Positions 54,936 through 63,671 of a stretch of DNA of 64,000 nucleotides are shown here, piece by piece. A model generated the notes under the pieces. It did not search any database, was not told the origin of the DNA, and worked only from the letters and a program-made list of their open reading frames with translations. This stretch comes from an uncultured Verrucomicrobiae bacterium (GTDB taxonomy: Bacteria; Verrucomicrobiota; Verrucomicrobiia; Limisphaerales; UBA11358), in contig CAWHLR010000026.1 of the NCBI GenBank assembly GCA_963830235.1, forward strand, positions 4,792-68,791, read 5' to 3'. The translations under genes were made by a program, and so were the position numbers. Within the stretch, counting starts at the first letter, position 1; the number at the start of each line of letters is the position of its first letter.

Positions 54936-55640
54936 TTATCTGATTATGTCATTCTTTGCAGGCAATTCTACCGACAATATGGTCGCAGACTTGATGTAGT
55001 CAAGGTTCGGGAAATCTTTTTTCAAGTAGGTGTTGCCTTCCATCTGCACGCGGCCTTGATCCGGCCCGCGACCGCGGGGAGCGCCTTCGCCATACTCGCC
55101 GTTTATTTTGTCCACCACGTCCATTCCCTCGGTCACTTTGCCGAACGGCGAGAACCCCATGCTGTCGAGATTGATGTTATCGGCGAAGTTGATGAACAAT
55201 TGCGTGGTGCGCGTGTTGGGACCGGCGGTGGCGAAGGTGATCGTGCCGCGCGTGTTGCTGCCTTTGACAGGATCGTCGGCAATCGCCGCCGCGCGCCACT
55301 TGGCGGAAACATTCGGGTCGCCGTGGATGCCGAACTGGCACATGAAACCGGGAATCACGCGGAAGAAGGCGAGGTCCTTGAAGTAGCCGGATCGAACGAG
55401 GTTGTAAAAGCGGTCCGCGCCGTTGGGCGAGAGCGACCGGGTGACTTCAATCGTGAACTTTCCTTTGGTCGTGTCGAACTGAGCCTTGAAGGTCTCGGGC
55501 GCCTGCCCGGTGAGTTTGGCGGGATCCGTAAAGCCCGGCGAAGCCGTCGAAGGTTTCTCCTCCTTTTTGGCATCTTCGGCCTGAACCGTCGCCACGGCGG
55601 CAAAAAGGCCGAGCGCACACAGTAAATGAATTGTTTTCAT
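54936..55640 (-). CDS. ppiA: secreted cyclophilin-type peptidyl-prolyl isomerase
   Basis: Signal peptide MKTIHLLCALGLFAAVATVQA and FFRVIPGFMCQFG...TFATAGPNTRTTQLFIN. Confidence 0.85.
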   Translation of the reverse strand: MKTIHLLCALGLFAAVATVQAEDAKKEEKPSTASPGFTDPAKLTGQAPETFKAQFDTTKGKFTIEVTRSLSPNGADRFYNLVRSGYFKDLAFFRVIPGFMCQFGIHGDPNVSAKWRAAAIADDPVKGSNTRGTITFATAGPNTRTTQLFINFADNINLDSMGFSPFGKVTEGMDVVDKINGEYGEGAPRGRGPDQGRVQMEGNTYLKKDFPNLDYIKSATILSVELPAKNDIIR

Positions 55641-55648
55641 GGACGCGA

Positions 55649-55687
55649 AATTTTCCAGACCCGCAGCCAAAAGTCACGCGCGGAATT
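55649..55687 (-). promoter_or_regulatory. conserved 39-nt upstream motif, copy A (possible promoter)
   Basis: Identical at 37 of 39 positions to 56308-56346. On the coding strand it reads AATTCCGCGCGTGACTTTTGGCTGCGGGTCTGGAAAATT and ends 8 nt before the ppiA ATG. Confidence 0.45.
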
Positions 55688-55694
55688 TGCCATT

Positions 55695-56300
55695 TCAAGC
55701 CATCGGCGGCGGCGCGTTTTTGTCTTCGTGCGATTTTTGGTCCTCGTTCAACGCGCTCGTGATCAAGCTCCCTTGCGACGCGATGTGGGAACGCCACCAC
55801 ATTAAAATCGCCAGAGCAACCACCAAAACAACCACGCCACCAGCCAAAATACCCTTGCGACCGGCCCAGGAACTTTCGGTCGGTGGAGCAGCGGCATTTG
55901 CTGGTGTCAGCGGCTTGATGGTGGATTCAGTTTGAGCGGGAACAGCGCTGGTTTGCGCCGATGGCTCGATGACCGGTGGTTTCACCTCGTTGACCGCCGC
56001 GGGTGCGGGCGCCGAGGTTGCGGTCATGGTTGCCGGGGCAACGGCCTTGGGCGATGTGCGCGGCGCAGCGGGGACACGGGGTTGAGCGGGAACGGCACTG
56101 GTTGGCGCCGATGGCACAACGGCCGGTGGTTTTGCCTCGTTGGCTGCTGCGGGCACCGGGGTTGCGGCCGGCGGCGGGACGGCAACTTCGCCGGCGTTGG
56201 GGATGGCGCTGGTTGGCGTGTTGGTTTTGGTTTCCTGACCCAAAGCCGTAACCATTCCGGCGGCAAGGACGACGGTGTAAATGTAAATCCAAGCTTTCAT
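55695..56300 (-). CDS. proline-rich repeat protein with signal peptide and C-terminal TM anchor
   Basis: MKAWIYIYTVVLAAGMV signal, repeated modules (AANEAKPPAVVPSAPTSAVPAQ / AAVNEVKPPVIEPSAQTSAVPAQ), and TM segment ILAGGVVVLVVALAILMWW. Confidence 0.65.
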   Translation of the reverse strand: MKAWIYIYTVVLAAGMVTALGQETKTNTPTSAIPNAGEVAVPPPAATPVPAAANEAKPPAVVPSAPTSAVPAQPRVPAAPRTSPKAVAPATMTATSAPAPAAVNEVKPPVIEPSAQTSAVPAQTESTIKPLTPANAAAPPTESSWAGRKGILAGGVVVLVVALAILMWWRSHIASQGSLITSALNEDQKSHEDKNAPPPMA

Positions 56301-56307
56301 ATAAGTG

Positions 56308-56346
56308 AATTTTCCAGACCCGCGGCCAAAAGTCACGGGCGGAATT
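56308..56346 (-). promoter_or_regulatory. conserved 39-nt upstream motif, copy B
   Basis: AATTCCGCCCGTGACTTTTGGCCGCGGGTCTGGAAAATT ends 7 nt before the ATG at 56300. Confidence 0.45.
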
Positions 56347-56387
56347 AAACCTTTTTTCGTTGAACCAGCCATAAAGCTGCCACCCGG

Positions 56388-57419
56388 CTAACGGGTGCGG
56401 CGCAACAGGAAAACCACCAGACCACCCGCCAGAAATGCCACGCCAATGGCCAGGACGTTTTTAAAGCTCATCCCGGAACTTTCAGGCGGTGGGGCGGGGG
56501 CTTTTGCCGGCGTCGGTGGCGCGGCGGTGATATTGGTTTGAACGGGAATGGGGCTGGTTGGCGCCAACGGCACTACATCTGGCCGTTTCACCTCGTTGAC
56601 TACCGCGGGTGCGGGCGCTGATGTTGCAGCCATCGGCGGCGGATTGGTCGGTGCCGGTTTCGGCGCCGACGGCACGCGATTGGTGCGGGGCGTGCCGATA
56701 ATGATGAGTGACGGGACGGTGGATCGTGGCGGTGCGGACACAGCCGCAACCGACGGCGCGTGGGTAACCTCGGGCAGGGCAGGAAACTCCGGAAGGCTCA
56801 CCGGCTCGGGCGGGAAACTCACCATGCACCCGGCGTATTGGCCGCGTTGCGAGCGCAACGCTATCACGACGGGCAGCCGCTCCTTCTGCCGTTCTTTCTG
56901 GCGTTGCTGTAAAATTTGATTGATGCCGGCATCGAATGGTGTTCCGTGAATTCCCCCCCTGCCGTCGCAAAAAATCAGCACCGTCAGCCGCTCGGAACGC
57001 TGCACGACCTGATTCAGCAGCGGTTGCAGCGCGGCCAAACCCGTTTCGTTCAAGTAGTGCTGTTTTTTGACAAACTTGACGATGTTCGACGCAATCACCG
57101 GCGCATCCTCCGGCTTCCAGTATTGCAACGGAAACTGTCCGGTGTGCAAACTCTGGTCGAACGTCCACACGCCAACGCTGTCCCCCGGATGCAACTGCCC
57201 GCCCGCACCGGTCGCCAGCAGGGCGTCGAGCGCGCTTTGCACCGCCGGCAAACGCGCTCTCATGTCCGACGAAGTGTCAAAGATGAGCAGAAATCGGTTG
57301 TCCACCTTCCGCTCCGCCGGTTGCGCGTGCAATGCCGTAACCCAAAGAACTCCGGCGAACAGCACCGCGAGAACCAACGCCTGGCGGACCATCCGATTTT
57401 GGTGCGTTCGTGTCTTCAT
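56388..57419 (-). CDS. VWA-like domain protein with a proline-rich linker and C-terminal TM anchor
   Basis: Signal peptide, then FLLIFDTSSDM (MIDAS-like DxSxS) ... LTVLIFCDG. The Pro-rich module ATSAPAPAVVNEVKRPDVVPLAPTS is shared with the neighbouring gene. Confidence 0.6.
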   Translation of the reverse strand: MKTRTHQNRMVRQALVLAVLFAGVLWVTALHAQPAERKVDNRFLLIFDTSSDMRARLPAVQSALDALLATGAGGQLHPGDSVGVWTFDQSLHTGQFPLQYWKPEDAPVIASNIVKFVKKQHYLNETGLAALQPLLNQVVQRSERLTVLIFCDGRGGIHGTPFDAGINQILQQRQKERQKERLPVVIALRSQRGQYAGCMVSFPPEPVSLPEFPALPEVTHAPSVAAVSAPPRSTVPSLIIIGTPRTNRVPSAPKPAPTNPPPMAATSAPAPAVVNEVKRPDVVPLAPTSPIPVQTNITAAPPTPAKAPAPPPESSGMSFKNVLAIGVAFLAGGLVVFLLRRTR

Positions 57420-57901
57420 TTTAATTTGTGCGGCTGACTTCGGTTGAACCGGTTCCGTTCCGTGCGATTGTAATCCCGCAATTCATCCTGCAATTCCGTC
57501 AGCGCGCTTTCCACCATGCGGATGAAATTCGCGCAGCTCGACGCCAGGCCGCCCATGCCCGTCACCGTTTCGCGCTCGGCAATATCGTCCGTGACCGCCA
57601 GAACCTCGCCATAAGCGCTGAACCGGTGCGCCGCGCGCTCGATCATTTGATCGGCGGTCTGCCCCGCGCGCGAAAACAAAACCTCAACGGCCGGATTCGA
57701 TTCGGGCGGCGGTGTTCCCGCCGGCGCTCCGGAACCATCAAAAAAAATGGTGACCGGCGTGCCCGTCGCGTCGTGATAACGCGTGAGAATGTAAATCAAT
57801 TCCTCGCGCGCGCGGGCCGCATGACGCGGTTGGCCGGGAGCCAGTTCCGGCCAGTTGTGCAACAGGCTGTAGCCATCCACCAAAATGCGCGCCAGCGCCA
57901 T
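57416..57901 (-). CDS. NYN/PIN-like YacP-family predicted RNase
   Basis: MALARILVDGYSLLHNW...VTIFFDG...VEVLFSRAGQTADQMIE...VTDD. Confidence 0.7.
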   Translation of the reverse strand: MALARILVDGYSLLHNWPELAPGQPRHAARAREELIYILTRYHDATGTPVTIFFDGSGAPAGTPPPESNPAVEVLFSRAGQTADQMIERAAHRFSAYGEVLAVTDDIAERETVTGMGGLASSCANFIRMVESALTELQDELRDYNRTERNRFNRSQPHKLK

Positions 57902-57964
57902 GAACGGAGCATAATCATTCCCGCCCCGAGTCCAAAGGCCAAAGTTGGCGCGACTTTGGACATC

Positions 57965-58028
57965 GGGCTTCGGACTTCGGACTTCGGACTTCATTCGGGC
58001 TTGAATCTTGAAACCTGAGGCTTGAAAC
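57965..58028. repeat. GGACTTC / CTTGAAA heptamer arrays in a divergent intergenic region
   Basis: gggcttcggacttcggacttcggacttcattcgggcttgaatcttgaaacctgaggcttgaaac. Confidence 0.8.
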
Positions 58029-58036
58029 TGTCCTTC

Positions 58037-58561
58037 ATGGCTGCTGCCAACACCATCTTTCAAAAATCCAATCGCGGGATTGCCGCGCTCGCGCTGGTTG
58101 TGTTCGCCCTCGACCAGTTCACCAAATGGCTGGTGCTGCGCACGCTCAACATGGGCGACGACAGGATTGTCATCCCCGGTTTCTTCAAACTGGTTCATTG
58201 GGGCAACACCGGCGCGGCATGGAGCCTCTTCAGCGGCAACAACGCCGCGCTCGCCCTGGTCGCCCTGTTCGCGCTCATCGCGCTGTTTCTCACGCGCCAC
58301 CATTTCAATTCCGAAACTCTCTCCGGCCAGATTGCTTTCGGCCTGATTTTTGGCGGCATCGCCGGCAACCTCACCGACCGCCTCCTGCCCAGCCGCCACG
58401 CCGTCGTGGATTTTCTCTACTTCTACCTGCAACAGCGCGGCGGCCGCGTCATTGATTTTCCCGCCTTCAACGTCGCCGACACCGCCATCTGCACCGGCGT
58501 GGGGCTGATTTTTCTCATCACCTGGAAAACCGAGCATACTCCCAAACCCGCGTCTGATTGA
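58037..58561 (+). CDS. lspA: lipoprotein signal peptidase II
   Basis: DQFTKWLV...VHWGNTGAAWSLF...GGIAGNLTDRL...VVDFL...FNVADTAICTG. Confidence 0.9.
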   Translation: MAAANTIFQKSNRGIAALALVVFALDQFTKWLVLRTLNMGDDRIVIPGFFKLVHWGNTGAAWSLFSGNNAALALVALFALIALFLTRHHFNSETLSGQIAFGLIFGGIAGNLTDRLLPSRHAVVDFLYFYLQQRGGRVIDFPAFNVADTAICTGVGLIFLITWKTEHTPKPASD

Positions 58562-58567
58562 TGCGCC

Positions 58568-59512
58568 ATGCCCACGCGCACGGAAAATTTAATCGTCGAA
58601 AAATCGATCCCGTACGGGCGGATGGACACCTATTTGCGCGAAAAATTTCCCGCCGCCTCGCGCGGCGCGTTGCAACGGCTGATGGAACAGGGCCATATCC
58701 TCGTCAATGGTCACACAGTCAAACCCACGCACAGCCCGCGCGCCGGCGAAAAAATTGAAGTCCGTTGGCCGGAGGCAATACCCGCCGAAGCCCAACCGGA
58801 GGAAATCCCGCTCGCCATTCTTTTTGAGGACCAGTCGCTGCTCGTGCTGAACAAACCCGCCGGAATTGTCGTGCATCCCGGCGCCGGACACGAGGAACAC
58901 ACGCTCGTCAACGCCCTGCTGCACCATTGCCAGGGTTCGCTCAGCGGCATCGGCGGCGTCGCGCGGCCCGGCATCGTACACCGGCTCGACAAGGATACCA
59001 GCGGCTGCCTCGTCGTTGCCAAGAATGACGAAACCCATCTCGCGCTTTCCACGCAGTTCGCCAAACGGCAGGTCGGTAAAATTTACAATGCGATTGTGTG
59101 CGGCGAACTCGCCCGCGAATCCGGCGAAATCCGCGCCGCCATCGCCCGGCATCCGTCGCACCGCAAGCGCATGGCGGCGCGCGACGACGATTCCGGCCGC
59201 GCCGCCCACACGAGTTACCGCGTGCTCGAACGGCTGAACGCCGCGACGCTCGTTGAGGCGCAAATCCATACCGGCCGCACCCACCAGGTCCGCGTGCATT
59301 TTCAATTCATCGGCCACCCGCTCGTTGGCGATGAAACCTACGGCGCGCGGCAGAATGCGCGGTTGAAGGAGTTGACGGACTACGCCGCGCCGCGGGTGAT
59401 GCTGCACGCGCGCGAGCTTTCGTTCATCCATCCGCGCACGGAGGAGCAGATGAGCTTTGAAGCGCCGCTGCCTAAGGATTTCCGCGAAGCGTTGAAATTA
59501 TTGCGCGTTTGA
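58568..59512 (+). CDS. rluD: RluA-family 23S rRNA pseudouridine synthase
   Basis: S4-like N-terminus, then LLVLNKPAGIVVHPG and HRLDKDTSG. Confidence 0.9.
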   Translation: MPTRTENLIVEKSIPYGRMDTYLREKFPAASRGALQRLMEQGHILVNGHTVKPTHSPRAGEKIEVRWPEAIPAEAQPEEIPLAILFEDQSLLVLNKPAGIVVHPGAGHEEHTLVNALLHHCQGSLSGIGGVARPGIVHRLDKDTSGCLVVAKNDETHLALSTQFAKRQVGKIYNAIVCGELARESGEIRAAIARHPSHRKRMAARDDDSGRAAHTSYRVLERLNAATLVEAQIHTGRTHQVRVHFQFIGHPLVGDETYGARQNARLKELTDYAAPRVMLHARELSFIHPRTEEQMSFEAPLPKDFREALKLLRV

Positions 59513-60061
59513 AACCTGCTGCCATTCCGTTTCCAAACCCTGCCGCTGAATCCATTCATTCAAGGCTGGACGATCCAGTTGTTCACCCGACACGGCCAGC
59601 ATGGCGCGGATGTCGCGCAGATGTTTTTCTGCGTGGCCTTCGCGATAGTATTCCAATTTCCGCACGATAACGTATTCCGGCGGCGCGAGCAGGACCGTTT
59701 CGCCCTCAAACTCGACCGCGCGTTTGCCGCGAAACGCCCAAGCGTTCAATTCATCGCGTCCGGTCGGATACAGGTCCGCTTTGAAGCCGGTGTCGCGGTG
59801 AATGAGGTTGAAGTGGCCGCGATGTTCACGGGCGGTTTCTGCCAGAATGGTCTCCTGCGGCGGCAGATAAAATTCCGTTGCCGGAAAAACGGCAAACAGC
59901 TTTTGAATGTCGTTGGTGTTGAGAAACACGACGAAGTCCACGTCATGGGTGAGGCGCGGTTCGCCGTAGAAAATGGCGGCCACGCTGCCGCTGACGACAT
60001 AGCGGATGCCCGCGCGATTCAGCGGACGCACGAAGAGCAGAAAGAGTTCAGGTTCGGGCAT
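59498..60061 (-). CDS. minimal nucleotidyltransferase-fold protein
   Basis: GS-x10-DxD pattern: VVSGSVAAIFYGEPRLTHDVDFVV. Confidence 0.6.
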   Translation of the reverse strand: MPEPELFLLFVRPLNRAGIRYVVSGSVAAIFYGEPRLTHDVDFVVFLNTNDIQKLFAVFPATEFYLPPQETILAETAREHRGHFNLIHRDTGFKADLYPTGRDELNAWAFRGKRAVEFEGETVLLAPPEYVIVRKLEYYREGHAEKHLRDIRAMLAVSGEQLDRPALNEWIQRQGLETEWQQVSNAQ

Positions 60062-60251
60062 GGCTGAAAATCCGGCGCACTTCGTCGGTGAGACGTTGTT
60101 CCGGCCAGTCGGGATGCTGGCTGCGCAAGCCCGCCGCCTTCATTTTGCGCGCCGACCAGTAAAGCTGCTCGGCCAGACGCAGCCGTCGCGCGCCGGTCAT
60201 CGCGCGCAACGCGGCGAACTGCTCGGGGCTGGTTTGCTCATCCGTCAGCAT
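60048..60251 (-). CDS. small helical protein overlapping the nucleotidyltransferase gene (possible partner)
   Basis: 67 aa with a 14-nt overlap with the downstream gene. Confidence 0.45.
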   Translation of the reverse strand: MLTDEQTSPEQFAALRAMTGARRLRLAEQLYWSARKMKAAGLRSQHPDWPEQRLTDEVRRIFSHART

Positions 60252-60429
60252 GGATTAAACATGAGCCAAAGGAATGGTCCGTGCAAGTCCGGGCTTTCAT
60301 TCATCCGCGCGCAGGCGGTGGTGTTGAACCTTCCCCACTTGACGAACGACCGCCGCCGGACCAAGACCTTTCCCGACGTGGACTTCGAGTTTGTTTGAAC
60401 CGGCAATTGGGGGAGGCTCTGAAATTTTT

Positions 60430-61191
60430 CTACGGCACGATATTGGTTGATGTCGTAGTTCCAGAAAGCACACCAAACCTGACTAATGCTTGCCTCGCAG
60501 CTTTTCTTGGAGACGCACCAGCATTTTTGTCATTCATGAGTCGGGTTAGCGCTGGAATCACAATGTCAAGCTCTTGGTGAATACACATCAAACTGAATGC
60601 GGCATGATGTGCGATATGAGGATTTGGGTCTCGTAATTCCGCTACCAATGCTGGGACAGCTACTTCTGCGTCACGCTGAAACTGAAGAACAGCATCGTTG
60701 GTTGCCTCCAATGCCTCTGGAAACCCAAGCATTGAGACCGACCAGAAGCGAACTTCGGAGTCGGTGTTAGTAAAACCATTTGTGAGAGCCTGAAAACCAG
60801 CACGGCCAAGAAATCGAAGGGCGTCAGAAACCGCTATGACGTGCTTTCGATCCTGCAACAGCTTAATCAACGCTGGGATGGCTGGTTCGGCTTTGCCTTC
60901 TAAACAAATAAGGCCATCTCTGCCGCGCCACGGCAAGATATTGTTCGTGTCGGTGGAGTCTGTAGCCAACATTTTAAGTAAATATGGCAAGGCATTTGTG
61001 CCGATGCTCCTGATGGCAACGGTTGCTTCATTGGTACGATTGCCAATCGCCGGGTATTCTGGCAAACGCTCGATCCATGAACTTAATGAAACAGCATCAT
61101 AGCTTGGTTCTTTTAAGGGTTGTGTTTGAGCAAAAACACCAACAGCTAAAACTTCAACAAAAGCCAGCGCAAAAATAATTCTTTTATTCAT
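60430..61191 (-). CDS. secreted HEAT/ARM-like repeat protein in an AT-richer segment
   Basis: Signal peptide MNKRIIFALAFVEVLAVGVFA and repeated helical units with AIPALIKLL / AVPALVAELRDPN motifs. Confidence 0.6.
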   Translation of the reverse strand: MNKRIIFALAFVEVLAVGVFAQTQPLKEPSYDAVSLSSWIERLPEYPAIGNRTNEATVAIRSIGTNALPYLLKMLATDSTDTNNILPWRGRDGLICLEGKAEPAIPALIKLLQDRKHVIAVSDALRFLGRAGFQALTNGFTNTDSEVRFWSVSMLGFPEALEATNDAVLQFQRDAEVAVPALVAELRDPNPHIAHHAAFSLMCIHQELDIVIPALTRLMNDKNAGASPRKAARQALVRFGVLSGTTTSTNIVP

Positions 61192-61363
61192 TCAAACTAT
61201 TGAATTATCCAAACGCTAAACCTTCATTTTCGCCGCGTCCAGTTTGATTTCTCGGAGGGGCGAGTTTCACGAGACCCTGAAATTTGGGACTTGCAGAGCT
61301 CGCCCCTCCGAAAATGGAAAATTTGTTCGCCTGACGCACGGGATTTTTGCATATTCCACCCCA

Positions 61364-62245
61364 ATGAAATCCATGACGGGCTACGGCCGGGGCGAGAGTG
61401 CGCGGGACGGCTTCAAAATCACCGTGGAACTCAGCGCGGTGAACCGACGGCAAACGGAAATTTCCGTGAACCTGCCGCGCGAACTGGAAATGCTTGAGGC
61501 GCCCATCCGCGACGCCATTAACGCCCGGGTCGCGCGCGGTCGCGTCACAGCGCGCATCACCCTCCACGCCGCCAATGGCAAGTCGGCGGCCCGCGCCCAC
61601 ATCAACCTCCCGCTCGCCAAAGCTTACGCGACGGAACTGGCGCGGCTGGCCAAGCAGTTGAAACTGTCCGGCGAAATATCGCTGGATCAAATCGTCCGCG
61701 CGCCGGGGGTTTTCCAGACGGATGAGGAGCTGGTGGACGCGGAAAACATCTGGCCGGTCGTCGAAAAGGCGTTGAAGCAGGCGCTGGCCGCGCTGGTAAA
61801 GATGCGCGAACGCGAAGGCGCACATCTGGCGCAGGACCTGGCCGCGCGCGTCAGTTTTATGCGCCAATGCGCCGGACGCGTCCAGAAACAGGCGCCCCAG
61901 ACGGCGGAGCGTTACTGCCAGCAACTCATCGAGCGCATCAAGAATGCCGGGCTGGAATCGCCCGCGCCGGATGACGAGCGGCTGTTGAAGGAAATCGTTT
62001 TGTTCGCCGACCGTTCGGATATTTCGGAGGAGCTGACGCGGCTGCAAAGCCATTTCCAGCAGTTTGAGGATTGCGGCAAGTCGAAGGAGCCGGTGGGCCG
62101 CACGCTGGATTTTCTCGCGCAGGAAATGAACCGCGAAATCAACACCATCGGCTCCAAGGCGAATGACGCGCTGATTGCGCGCGAGGTGGTGGCGCTGAAG
62201 GCGGAGTTGGAAAAATTCCGCGAACAGGCGCAGAATGTGGAATGA
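61364..62245 (+). CDS. yicC: YicC-family stress-induced protein
   Basis: MKSMTGYGRGE...VELSAVNRR... C-terminal DISEELTRLQSH...GRTLDFLAQEMNREINTIGSKAN. Confidence 0.9.
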   Translation: MKSMTGYGRGESARDGFKITVELSAVNRRQTEISVNLPRELEMLEAPIRDAINARVARGRVTARITLHAANGKSAARAHINLPLAKAYATELARLAKQLKLSGEISLDQIVRAPGVFQTDEELVDAENIWPVVEKALKQALAALVKMREREGAHLAQDLAARVSFMRQCAGRVQKQAPQTAERYCQQLIERIKNAGLESPAPDDERLLKEIVLFADRSDISEELTRLQSHFQQFEDCGKSKEPVGRTLDFLAQEMNREINTIGSKANDALIAREVVALKAELEKFREQAQNVE

Positions 62246-62389
62246 CACTTGGAATGACTAATGACTAAACCATAATGACTAAAGAATGCCCAATGACTAA
62301 TCCTGACAATTCCGCGACCAACGCCGGAGACGTTTTGTCATTCGAGCTTCGTCATTATTTAGTCATTAGGATTTAGCAATTAGTCATTT
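62241..62389. repeat. ATGACTA-family periodic repeat with inverted arms
   Basis: aatgacacttggaatgactaatgactaaaccataatgactaaagaatgcccaatgactaatcc ... gtcattcgagcttcgtcattatttagtcattaggatttagcaattagtcatt. Confidence 0.85.
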
Positions 62390-62395
62390 TTTACA

Positions 62396-63013
62396 ATGCC
62401 AGACGCCAGTCCATTGCTCATCCTGATCTCCGCCCCGTCCGGCGGCGGGAAGACGACGTTGTGCCAGCAGTTGCTCGCCGCGCGGCCGGACATGACGCGC
62501 GCCGTCACCTGCACGACGCGCGCGCCGCGGCCGGGCGAGAAAAACGGCGTGGATTATTATTTTCTGGACCCGGCGGATTTTCAACGGAGCGTGCAGGCGG
62601 GCGAATTCATCGAACACGCCACGGTTTTTGGCCGCGGTTACGGCCTTTTGCGCTCCGAGCTGCTGGACAAGTTGCGGCGCGGCCAGGATGTGCTGCTGAA
62701 CGTGGACGTGCAGGGCGCGGCGACAATTCGCGGCCGGGCGCTGGCGGATCCGGAATTGAAACACGCGCTGGTGACGGTGTTTTTGACTCCGCCGTCCATC
62801 ACCGTACTGGAAGCGCGGTTGAAAAAACGCGCGTCGGACGCGCCGGAAGAAATCCAAAAGCGGCTGGGCATCGCGCGGAAGGAAATCGCGCAGTGGGAAA
62901 ATTTCGATTACCTTTTGATCAGCACGAGCATCCCGGAGGATTTGCGGCGGATGCTGGCGATTGTTGAGGCGGAAAAGATGCGCGCCGCGCGGGCGCCGGC
63001 GCCGGAGTTTTAA
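62396..63013 (+). CDS. gmk: guanylate kinase
   Basis: ISAPSGGGKTTL P-loop, GVDYYF, and EHATVFGRGYG. Confidence 0.9.
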   Translation: MPDASPLLILISAPSGGGKTTLCQQLLAARPDMTRAVTCTTRAPRPGEKNGVDYYFLDPADFQRSVQAGEFIEHATVFGRGYGLLRSELLDKLRRGQDVLLNVDVQGAATIRGRALADPELKHALVTVFLTPPSITVLEARLKKRASDAPEEIQKRLGIARKEIAQWENFDYLLISTSIPEDLRRMLAIVEAEKMRAARAPAPEF

Positions 63014-63099
63014 GCGGGCGGGTTTTGTATTACGTGTTGCGTCGAGCCGCATTCACGGCCATTACTTGACGCAGCACGCAACCCGCAACACGGTTGACT

Positions 63100-63642
63100 A
63101 TGAACAAGAACATCATTTTAGGCGTGACCGGCTCGATTGCCGTGCACAAGGCGGCGGACCTGGCCAGCCTGCTGACCAAACAAAAATGCAGCGTGCGCGT
63201 GGTGATGACCGCCGACGCGCAGCGGTTCATCACGCCGCTGCCGTTCCAGGTGCTTTCGCGCCAGCCGGTCGTGACCGATCTCTTCGACGCGGAGGAAGGC
63301 TGGAAACCAACGCACATTGAAATGGCCGATCAAGCCGGCCTGCTGCTCATCGCCCCGGCCACGGCCAATGTCATCGCGAAACTGGCGCACGGCCTGGCGG
63401 ATGACGCGCTGACGTGCATGGCGCTGGCGTTGAATCCCAAGGCGGACATTTTGATCGCGCCGGCCATGAACGGCAAAATGTGGTTGCACCCGGCCACGCA
63501 GCAGAATGTGAAAATGCTGAAGGCGCGAGGCGTGGAATTCATCGGGCCGGACGAGGGAATGCTTTCCTGCGGTTACGAAGGCATTGGCCGCATGTGGCCG
63601 GTGGAGGCGATTGCACAACGCGCGTTGAAATTGTTGAGCTGA
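63100..63642 (+). CDS. coaC: phosphopantothenoylcysteine decarboxylase-type flavoprotein (stand-alone CoaC half)
   Basis: ILGVTGSIAVHKAADL...PATANVIAKLAHGLADD...APAMNGKMW. No CoaB domain follows it. Confidence 0.8.
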   Translation: MNKNIILGVTGSIAVHKAADLASLLTKQKCSVRVVMTADAQRFITPLPFQVLSRQPVVTDLFDAEEGWKPTHIEMADQAGLLLIAPATANVIAKLAHGLADDALTCMALALNPKADILIAPAMNGKMWLHPATQQNVKMLKARGVEFIGPDEGMLSCGYEGIGRMWPVEAIAQRALKLLS

Positions 63643-63671
63643 GATATTTTCCGGCCGACCGCGAGCTTTTT

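Noticed and set aside
55649-55687. A sigma54 (-24/-12) promoter within the conserved 39-nt motif (TGGC...).
   Set aside because: The GG and GC dinucleotides are not at the required 10-nt spacing. A -35/extended -10 reading fits better, but it is also unproven.
57902-58537. Upstream extension of the 373-aa minus-strand ORF 57416-58537.
   Set aside because: Only the C-terminal 161 aa, starting at MALARILVDGY (57901), look like a YacP/NYN protein. The remainder is antisense to lspA and to the heptamer array.
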